DNA of 64,000 nt from assembly GCA_040954595.2 (NCBI GenBank), contig CM082585.2, positions 8,753,649-8,817,648 of the forward strand. Direction: 5' to 3'. The translations under genes and the position numbers were made by a program. The notes beneath the pieces are model-generated. The model saw nothing but the letters and a program-made list of their open reading frames with translations, did no database searches and was not told the DNA's origin. This document shows positions 53,995-64,000 of this stretch, in pieces. This DNA comes from Balanoglossus misakiensis. Taxonomy: Eukaryota > Animalia > Hemichordata. Every line of letters starts with the position of its first letter. Position 1 is the first letter of the stretch.

Positions 53995-54040
53995 TCCCCA
54001 CCCCCGTCCGCCTTCTCAACGAGCCAATGACGTCAGAGGG
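53995..54040. promoter_or_regulatory. Candidate promoter/enhancer module: GC boxes, CCAAT and a full CRE
   Basis: ccccacccccgtccgcc, then ccaat overlapping TGACGTCA (54028-54035), about 2.2 kb upstream of the EF-hand gene ATG. Function is inferred from motifs only. Confidence 0.35.
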
Positions 54041-55021
54041 ACCGATTCTTTGTTGTCTTCGCCAAACGCTGGTTGCTAATGAGGCAAAATTGAGGTCAGT
54101 CGTGACCAGAAGCGTTTAGGTAATTGTACTACCCGGAGTGGAATATAACAGTAATAGATTGTATGTTCCCACCTTCAGATAAATCATAGACACTTCTGTA
54201 GTGGCTATGCATAAATCAACTCAGGGAATAATACTTCTTCTTTCATGTATCGTTTGCGATTGCCAAAGCTTCAAGAGCTGCGCGTGTATCGAATTGGAAA
54301 TTGTCCATAGAAAAATAGTTGGTGAAAAACGACCAACGAGACATTTTTCATATTCAATCGCTGAATTCCTGGCCCTGTGTTGTATATTAGCATATGATAT
54401 GATTTTGAAAGCGCGAATTTCAAAAAAAAACCCAAAGAATTGCGATTACAAGAAGAGTCACTATACTTAAAACTTTGTTTAGCCTCGGTCCAGAAATTAC
54501 CTTTCGATACTGTATTGATTTTGTTTAGTTCGATTGTATGTAGGCCTATAAATTAGTATATTTGGAATTTCTCCGAGCTAAACATCTGGAGAAAAATCGA
54601 TTGCATATTTTCAGGCCGGGGTAACGCTGCAACGATATTAATACAAAGCTGTAACTTTAAAGTAATTTGTCAGAATAATTCATGACAGAAGCAGGTCAGA
54701 TACATTTGTGTGACAAGACCATCGGAAACTTTCAGAAAGAGCGCGCTGGAAGTGAATGTTAGTTTGGGTTGTCTGAGCTGCACATGTTCGAATTTTCTGT
54801 TTTATATTAGAAAACGTCGTCTGCATTGTTTCCGACGTTTAGGGAGACCCTGCCAACCAGTAGGTGTTTTATCAACGTGACATGAGAATGAGATAACAAT
54901 GTATTCACGCGTTGTTTGCCGTGATGTACGTTGCGACACAAAGTAACAACGCGTTGTTTGCAGTGGTGTATAGTATGTGGTGCATTTTGTAACCGTCTCC
55001 CAGACAGGACGACCGCCTCTC

Positions 55022-55114
55022 TTAACCCCTTCACCCCCAGTTTCCTCTTTAGAGGTCTAGCCTTACCATAGAAAACAATAGGTTTGGACTGAACCATCCT
55101 GTTGAAATGGTTAG
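55022..55114. mobile_element. Family A MITE, near-full copy, inverted orientation
   Basis: TTAACCCCTTCACCCCCAG...gaaaacaataggtttggactgaaccat...gttgaaatggttag; right end degenerate. Confidence 0.7.
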
Positions 55115-58100
55115 AACTCCTCATTTCAACCCACGGACCTCTGATGCTATAAAGTCTGTCCCATGGTATGGGTTAAACGGGTTCGAAGCGGTAACTTTTC
55201 TCTCGGTGTATTATCGTTCTCTCTTCAACTTCTTGTTGACACGTCAAATACTGTGGGTGTCAACACATTGCTGCAAGAACTGGAAACTGCAGTTGATATG
55301 TACATTCGTGTACAATTGCACATCCATCTACCATGTGGTAATACAAAGGAAAGCGGCCCTTGATTTTGGTACATGGGACGCAAACCCAGAAAATTTCATA
55401 AAGTGGCGATGACTGCTTACACCGCCCACAGAAAAGGGAACTACTTGTTAAAATAAATCCTGTGGTGTGCAGTACAGGCCCTATAAACTGATACGCCAAC
55501 GAACAGAAATCTTATATATTCCGAGATAAGTGATATATTAAAATATTTCCATCTAAGTCCGAACACTATAGACGTGACTTCAAAATGTGACCACCATTTT
55601 TAGTCTTGTAAGTTGTAAATTAAACATTATTTGCTTATACATGTATTCCTCTGTACGGCTGAAGGGCTCCGTATAGTATGAAGGGCACGTCACCGGTTGA
55701 TTTGATTTGATACAGAAAGATTATCCACACTTACCGATGATTTGAGTCCGTTCTGCCGCGGTACTGAGAGAAACTGACTTCTCTTTGAGAGTTCGTTTGG
55801 CCCGTTTGAAAAACGAACCATCAAAACAACCGATTCTAATACTAGATTTTTGTTACGATTTACCAGAAACGTTTCCAGTGCCGTGTGAAGACACCCATGC
55901 TAATCGTTAAGAAATTGCGCCGAAACTCGTGTCCCTTTACAGAAGTCAAGACGGTTCAGCGGGGAGCTGGTGGTTGAAAGTCCCAAGATATCCGTGTAGG
56001 TCTACAGGTATGATTAATTTTAGTGTCACAGCTACCAGATTTGAGAGGGGAAAAACAGGAACGCGCGCGCCGAGTCAAGAATGTTGATTACAAAATTCCA
56101 TGGTCACTATCTGACCGCGCGACATGATATGGACACCGAAATTAAACATGGGACGTTGGCTTACGTTGCGCGTTGCCGGCTTTGGCAAATAGATATCCTA
56201 CCTGTGATCATTACCATGCAGTGTAAACAAAGACACGTGATCAAAATACCAGATTGGGTGATAGATAGGGAACCCTGTCGCTCTGAATCGGCAAGATGTT
56301 CAATTTCTAATCTGCTTCTGTTATGAAAAATCAACAGGTGGTTACGTTGAGGGGGCTATTTCGGGTGTCACAGAGAAATGTACAAACGGCTCACAGTGCC
56401 AGTCCTGCCTCACCTATCTTCAGTCATATGATATAAATTAGCCAAATTTACAACACACTATACAAATGGCAATAATGACGCCGCGCAATGTATTTTAAGT
56501 TTAAAGGAACCTCAGGAATTTCATTGGGCTCAGTTTTAATTAATCCTTATCCGAGAATCGGGAATTGCATTGTTAATCGATCGCTGGCATTGTGTCCTGG
56601 GCACAGGGAATTCTTTGAAAGACAAGCGGTTTGACGTAAATCATAAATAAGAAATGGCTTCCCGGGAGGGTTTTGAAAGTGATAGTGTGCATTACAAGCG
56701 TTTTCACACTGAACAGAATGACAGGGTGATACATGTGATAATTGCATATACAGTATGGTGGTCTGAGGAAAGCTTCTAGTATCATGACTTATTGCATAAA
56801 CGATACACGCTCTCACCGAGTTAGTGACAAGTATAACAAAATTATCATGATTTCTAACGAAATCTAGAGACTAGCTTTACGTCGTTGTTCCTATTTTGGC
56901 CATACAGCTAGCTTCTATGTTCAATGATATTACTCATGACGCGCAGAAATTTCATACTCGATAGTTCGGTGTGTTTGTGAGAGCAAGAACAGAACATGGA
57001 TGACTTTTGACATAAGAATTTGTGGTCTTTTGTTAGATGGTGATGTGTTGGGGGAGAGGGTTACAGCGAATGTCTGACTCACGCAACCACCCGTTACTAA
57101 GCTGGTTTCTCCCGATCGCGTCGCAGGCCAACAATGCGAGACGACGCAACACAGGCCCCGCGGGCACACACTTGAGAATAATGGTTTGAGCACTCAACGA
57201 CTTCTTCGTGTTGTGAAAGCTCACCTATAGCCAGATGTTTAGCTGATGGAAGGGGGGAGTGGACGTGTACATTGTGTGTTCATTGCCTCCCGGCTAGTAT
57301 AGTTATACCACAAGTACCTCCATGGTTATACTGTAGTCGTGGAGAACTCGTACTGCCTCAGCGTCAGAACCAGTGCATGGACACTGAGATATTACTACTC
57401 TGGTGCATGGGATAGTGTGTGTTAGGTGTCAGTGTGGCCATGAGGTCTGAAAATTCACCAACGTTTTGCACCAATCGTTCGGTTTGTGGTGCAAGTGCGT
57501 CCGCGCATTTACATCTGGTGATAATTGTCATTGATGTGCGCATTATAACTGTCACCCACTAGATCATGCACGCTCGAGGTGTCATCGCTACCGGTTCGAT
57601 CGGCACGAATGCTTGCTCTTTCTGTCTGCTGGCCGTTATAATTACCCACATGTACACCAGCCACAGCGATTGCTAGTTATAAAAAAGGAAGAATTCCCGC
57701 GGGGCTGTGCTTACGTGCACGACATCGACGGTATCCGTAAGATCGGTGCCGCATACATTATACACATTGCGTAACACAGGTAGTCGGGGAACACTTTGAA
57801 TTGTGAGGGTTTAATGCCGTTCTGTTGCAACAAATAACTTGCCTTTCTGACTCTTTAAAACCTCTGAAACAATCAACGTGTCAGTTGCTCTACTTTAGGG
57901 ATCAGCTGAAGTTAATTACGTGATGAAACGGACACCAGCAATCAAGACGATTCGTTTCCATGGCAGCGCGCGCGACGAGATAGGTAATTCACGCAAGGCT
58001 GTCGTCATTATACGTCATCACACACGCGGTCATGTCGCATAACAAAGTGTTAAAAAGCCTTATATATTTTTAAGAAGACGGGCAGTCAAGGCTCTATGTC

Positions 58101-58417
58101 GCTCGGAAATTGAAGATTTTGTAAGAAAGAGTAAATGTGTGTATAGTTTTTGTTATACACAGACACAAACACGTCTCGTGTCTACTATACCCGATACAAT
58201 TAGACAACACGAGGAGACAATTTACTGCCATGCTCACCTGGTAAGCGAATCCGTTCTTCGTCGTTTTCTGCACTCCTACACACAACGGAAGGTCTAACAC
58301 CGTCTAGAATATTGGCTGATCTAAACACCAGTCTGTGTATACGCGTTCCGTATTCCGTGTTGATGCAAAACTCCGTTTCTTCGTGGTTTCTTAACGGTGT
58401 CGCGTAGGGAGATATAT

Positions 58418-58822
58418 CAGTGTACGAAATAAAGCCTGTCCGACAGTCCGAGACTGGTTGTTTTTCTGTAGGACTGGTAAAAATAAAATGTTACCAGTCC
58501 GACAGACAGGTTGAATTTAGCGTGGGAGTTGACCAGAGGTATCATGGTATCTTTTAGACTTTCCCCAGTTCATGTATTGCAAATAAAAGAAACAATGATG
58601 TAAAAGTTTGAAAATTATCAAATCAAAGTAATGTAAAGAGAAAGATGATTCCATCCCATCTTCAATTGTTCACAGATAAGGTAATAGCTTCTCAGTTGTA
58701 TTTGATTACATTTAATTGTAAGGCATAATATCAGGACTGGTAAGTTTTTGGCAGGACTGGCAACTTTTTGAAGTTGCCAGTCCTGGTGACTGGTTGATAT
58801 TTCCTATGAATTTCGAACACTG
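58418..58822. mobile_element. 405-bp non-autonomous DNA transposon (hAT- or P-like) with 7-bp flanking direct repeat
   Basis: gatatat|CAGTGTACGAAAT ... ATTTCGAACACTG|gatatat; repeated subterminal ggactgg/ccagtcc motifs near both ends. Confidence 0.75.
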
Positions 58823-59718
58823 GATATATGCTTGTAACTTGCGCGGGTAACTGACCGGAGATGAAGACTGTATGTACCGCAGACGTCGCCGACGTGTTAC
58901 CGTTTTACCAGGAATACAGTCATGTTTCCGCTTACATAAGAGACATCAAATGCGTAAATTGAAACGTTGTGACCGCTAAATGCGAAAACGCGACGGAAGA
59001 ACACAAAGGGTGATGATCTCTTGAGCGACGTCGACCGACTTCACCCAGTAAATAAAAACCCACTGAATTAATAAGATATTGTCATATTGTTATGTAAATA
59101 TATAACGTCGATGGGGATTTATCCGTGGCTGAGGAGTTAGTCACGTTCTTGTTTTGAACTCCTACGACAAAACATATTCGAACTCCAGCTTCTGATAGAT
59201 ATGCGCGTAACGTGTATATGAATTTGGTATCTTGAGACGCAAGCTCGGATGAAATAAAGTTGCGGTTACAGTGCATTACGAATATGCAAACATATACGGC
59301 ATAAATATATTTTTTTTTTATTCTGTTATTTTAGCTTCGAAACTATAACACTTTTATCGCAGTACACTTGGTAAGCATACGCGGAAAGTTTGAGGGGCAT
59401 TTTTGTTGTTTTGCAGTCAAGTCAGCGGAAAATTAACTTTCTCTACAAGAAAAGGCACACCGGTAATCCTTTAAACGAATATAAATGATAAAATCAGAAA
59501 ATGATCGACAAAATACCGTCGAAAAGTGTAACCACCTGTTAAAATAAAAACAAAAGAATGTTCCCTTGTGAGAGGGCGCTAAACATATAGCTGACATGTG
59601 TTCATCACATGACCTTGATAAGTCGTAGATACACGTCGTTATGTGCATCTAGAATAGCCAAAATGTCAAAACACAAACACACAACAAAGGCGTCCAGTGA
59701 TCATGTCCTCCAAAATAT

Positions 59719-59724
59719 TTTATT
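59719..59724 (-). other. Probable ERCC5 polyadenylation signal
   Basis: AATAAA on the minus strand about 520 nt after the stop, followed by GT-rich sequence on that strand (59670-59690). Confidence 0.5.
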
Positions 59725-60237
59725 CTTTCATCGCAAACCACTCAAAGTATAAATACTCTACAGATAAATTAATTTTGAATTAAACTTCATCGTAAAACTT
59801 ACATTTCATCCGATTTTCCAGCTTACAGTAGGTAAATCAAGATAGGACTTCGAGTCATTATATTGTACATTTGTAACTAGAAAATCTAACACACATCTGA
59901 ACCAGTTCAGTGACTAAATGAAAATATATCAATATTCAAAAATATTCAAATTTTTTTCAGTATATTCCTGCTGCAGAAAAATATCTTATGATGAAAAATG
60001 TATAAAATTTCACTGTTGAATTGGCAGAGATTTTTTGAGGTGTTTGTACACATTTCAGGGCTTCATGTGGCAATATTATAACTTTCGGTAATGGCACATC
60101 AGAGCTTGGTGACCTTCAGTGACCTTCAACTTCCTGAGTACTGAGTCCCATATAGAATTAATGGAAAGAGGAGCTTTAGAAATCAAATCCAACCATCTCA
60201 GCTGCACGTTTTAAAAATCGAATAAAGTTCACTCTGT

Positions 60238-63200
60238 TTAATCAGAATCGCTGCCGCTCTCGGAGAGTGTCACTTCACTAACGATCTGCTTCCCGCTTTT
60301 CGACATTACAGACTTCTCATGTTTCCTTCCTTTTCTCAGATTCTTCCCCGGGATAGATTTTCCCTTTGTCGTCTTCCTTCCGACATCCTCGGCTTTGGTG
60401 GTGGCCCCTTTCCTGGCTTGTTCCGGGTTTCTCTCGCTTGATGCAGTGAAGTCTGCCGAGTTACTGGCAGATTCAGATTCGCTTTCAGATTCACATTTGG
60501 CTGGCTTTCCTTTCTGTGTTTCTGCCTTCTCCGAGTTCTGTGCGCCTGTGGGGCTGTCTGCCAACTGATCGCCTCGCAAGAGTCTATTCAACACTCGTTT
60601 TACTCGTTTGCTCTTTATTTCCCTGGGTTGGCCGAATTCGGTCGGAAAGTAGGCGTTAATCTTGGTCTGCGTCTGTAAGGATTAGGTATTAAACATTAGA
60701 GGGATACATGCCTGTCTACAGTTACAGGGGGTGTCACATTTCCAATCTATGGCTCTCTATTGTGTGTCTCAATTTAGCAGCAAAACTACCGTAATAACAG
60801 AGAAAAGTTCTTACATTTGTTTCCGTCAATCTCTTCATGACTGGCAACAGCATCTCATCCACCTTTGTTCGACTCCATCCAAATTTCTCGTTCGCAAATG
60901 TGACACAAGATTAAGGAAGAAAACACAATCATATTACTATACTGAACACAACAGGGATTAACCTGAGTTTGTGTTTAGGGGGAGATGCTATGTGAATTTT
61001 ACTGCTGTTCTGCACTAAAATCTGAGCTCTGTCCACCATCGTGTGTATCCACGTGTAACGCATAAAAGGATATTCCCGGAGATCCTGTAAATTGGGAACT
61101 CCCCACTGGAACGCTTCCTCGGATTCATCCACTGCCGGACGCAGATAGGCTTGCTCCACGGCCGGATTGGGAAACCCGGGCTTCACGGTCACGGCTCTCA
61201 TTTTAGACTTCAGTTTGGTTTCCGTCGGCGGATTTACTTCTGTCTGAGCTTGAGCCCACCATTCCCTTGGGAGTAAACAATAACAAGACTAAGCAAAATC
61301 TGATTGAAGCAACTGCATGTTTGACTGACCAATGAGTGCTGCTAGATATACTTCGACAATTGCACATTACAATATTATAATGACTAGAAATTTTTTACCG
61401 GAATGCTTGCAGTCCTTCCAGACTTTTCCCTTGGAATTCATGGAGTAATTCCAGCGCCGTGACACCGCCAACACCAGCTATTCCCTCTGTGTAGTCACTG
61501 CCAACGAGATAGGCCACCTGGATCATCTTGTCGCGGGTCAACACTGCAAGAAAAACACACCTGTACTATGTTACACTGCCCCTCATTGGTTGAAGAAATC
61601 AGTGGAATCTCCTCATGCAGTTTTGATGTTTGGATTGTACTTAGTGAATCTTCCATGGTTGGACCATCTGATTATTCACACCAGGGGTGTCAGGGTAACC
61701 CCCACCCACGCCAGTTCAGCAACACACCCAACTTACAGAGTTGACTCTTAATCCCCTCGGCCGAGTAGAACTCCACATACTTCCGCTTGTTGAACAGATT
61801 CTTGTAGACCCTCTTGCCGCCGAACAGCCAGACATCGCTGTCGTCCGTCACCGTACCCACGGTCAGATTGCGTATGTCAAGATACGCACACTGGGCCTCA
61901 GCTTCTTGTGGACTCACGAGGTACGGCAGACCGAACAATTTCAGTAGCTCCTGTTTTGGGGATCACAAGAAAGACGATCTGAGTGTTAATTAAAATGTTT
62001 CTATCATACAGCTGCAATGTACAACATGGAGAAATTAATGCATGTGAATATGACATTGTCAGATCGCTATGGTGACATCATGTATTAGATTGACATCATC
62101 TTACCTGCGCCTCGACGTACATCTGATCTGTGATGGAAACTCCAAATCGTTCTTGTTTGTTTTTCTCCGCTTGTAAAACTTGTCCCTCGCTCTCCAATTC
62201 AGCTTTCATTGTTTCTAGATCTTCCTGCAACAGAGAAGTCTGTGTGGTTAGAAAAATTCAGATACGCAGACAGACTCAGCACTGAAAATGTGATATGTAA
62301 TATGCTTTGCTCTCACGTGCTTTTCCCAACTGTTAGCAGATTCCCGATTTGGGTTTGAAAAAAGTTTTCTATGCTCATTACCCAGAAATCATAATATGAC
62401 AATGACAAGAGACCCACCACAGTTTTACCAGCCCATTCCGTGACCGCAGCTGGTATCTCAATTTCCTCAGACTCACTCTCCCCGCCACTTTTCTCAGAAA
62501 TCTCTCCCACATCAGGTTCCTCCGCCTTGTCTCCCTTGGCAACCACCGCCACATCTCTCTCCTCCGTGTCCACGACGATAACATCATTGCTGTCCTCCCC
62601 CCTGGCGTCGAAAAGTTTCTGATACTGCGCAGTGATATCAATCACTTCACGCGGTGATGAGGCCGGCGACTTCTTTTGGTTTGCAGGTTTTTCCTGTATG
62701 AATACTTCAGCAGGAAATAGTTCGTCTTCAGCAGTTGCCTTGGTAGGGTCAAAGGTTATTTCGATGAAGTCATCTGCAATTTAAAATAAGCTATTACTGT
62801 TGCTTGTCTTAGTAGGTCAAGTGCATCAGACACAACTTGATTTCCATTTTTTTCGGATACTTATTTCATGAATTAACCCTGCTAACAATGATTGTTTTCA
62901 GATGAAACAGGAAAGAGATGAATACCTTCAGAACTGCTGTCTTCCTCCTCTTTTGTCTTTGCCATTCCATTCTTGTCTTCTTCCAACCTCTTGTCAGCAA
63001 CCTGCAAACTTTCAACCACATTTTTCTTTCCTCTGTGCACATCTGACACACAGTCTAGAACACGTGCAGGCACGGCCAAGTCTACTACAGCAACAGGGTC
63101 ACTGCGGAGAGCCTTAATTTTGTTCTTATCTGATCGTTGCCAGTCATCTGGAGTAGACCGCTGGGCAGGGACTTGAACCGGTGCCAAACCTTGCAGGACG

Positions 63201-63979
63201 CTTGAAATGATCACATCCCCGCTGTCGCCTCCCTCGTCGACCGCATCATCAATCCGCCCAATTTCGATGACATCCTTGCTGTTCCCCGTATCCACGGCGC
63301 TGCGTCCTCTCTCCTCTTTCTTCATCACTTTTGATGGGTAGTCCTCTTCCTCATCACCCGTCAGGTCCACCTCATCGATGACTCTTTTGCTGCCACGGAG
63401 ATTCCCTGCTTGGCGTCCCCTATCTTCGTCGTCGATTACTATGACCATCCGGTCGTCGCTCCTGCCACTGGCTCCGCCCGCAGAGTTTGTTTTTGAGTCC
63501 CCACTGAACTTTCTACCTCCTGCTGTTTGACGTCCTGCGCCTCCAACTTCAGAAACTCCAGTAGGTTTGTCGATTCTGTACAGCTCAAGATCTTGGACCA
63601 TCATTTCATCGTCACTGATGTTGATCACATCTTCGAAGCTGTCAGCGCCAACAGCACGTGCATCATCTATTTTTAATCTCTCTTCAGAAGACGTGCCAGG
63701 CTTCTCACCATCCTTTGATGTACTCCCTGAATTCCCGGAACCGTTTTCCTCAGACTTTTTCTTCTTTCCCAGTCCCTTGATGAGGATGTAATGCTGAGTG
63801 TCCTCTGAGACCACCCGCTGAGATTCCACGTCCCTGACAGCGCCCTCGCAGTCTAGCATCGACGCAATCTCTCCGGACTCCCTGTTGTTCATTTCTTTGC
63901 GTATGTCGCCCAGTCTCTGACTCATTTTGCTTTTCTTCAGTAGATTGGACAACTGATAGTTTGAAAAATCGTGAGCTTT
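60238..63979 (-). CDS. ERCC5: XPG/ERCC5 structure-specific endonuclease (nucleotide excision repair), 3' part only; 5' exons lie beyond the window
   Basis: Exons 63979-62926, 62773-62418, 62224-62105, 61950-61737, 61543-61399, 61265-61074, 60899-60815, 60672-60238 join in frame. Motifs: [13 protein letters not shown]; acidic spacer; XPG-I region [22 protein letters not shown] and [10 protein letters not shown]; helix-turn-helix [18 protein letters not shown]; [19 protein letters not shown]; PIP-box-like QTKINAYF; basic tail. Confidence 0.96.
60900..61073 (-). other. U12-type (minor spliceosome) AT-AC intron in ERCC5, 174 nt
   Basis: Minus-strand 5' splice site ATATCCTTT at 61073, branch site TTCCTTAAT at 60918-60910, 3' end GTCAC at 60900. 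Removing it restores [14 protein letters not shown] in frame. Confidence 0.93.
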
Positions 63980-64000
63980 CTGCAACAATTAAAAACATTA

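Noticed and set aside
53219-54550. Possible larger Kolobok-like element starting ttaaaggtagacgcgc
   Set aside because: No convincing matching right terminus found by eye, so boundaries cannot be supported.

Overview
Eukaryotic, AT-rich, intron-dense genomic DNA from an animal. An invertebrate deuterostome is my guess from gene and repeat style, not something the sequence proves. Exons were assembled by hand from splice sites and frame continuity. Four protein-coding genes: (1) a complete FNDC3-family gene on + (19 coding exons 24664-35233, about 1231 aa, with a probable upstream start exon at 18351-18367, long 5' introns and a roughly 4.3 kb 3'UTR); (2) a two-coding-exon, 193-aa helical gene on + that I do not recognise (44431-45536); (3) a 13-exon, 543-aa gene on - encoding coiled coil + EF-hand pair + C-terminal CaaX box CVVQ (46900-51851); (4) the last 8 exons of ERCC5/XPG on - (60238-63979), including an AT-AC U12-type intron at 60900-61073. 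Non-coding DNA carries several families of short non-autonomous DNA transposons, two minisatellites, a decayed hammerhead-like motif and a strongly base-paired GC-rich island in the FNDC3 3'UTR. No rRNA, intact tRNA, CRISPR array or transposase ORF was seen. Most six-frame ORFs are spurious or exon fragments.
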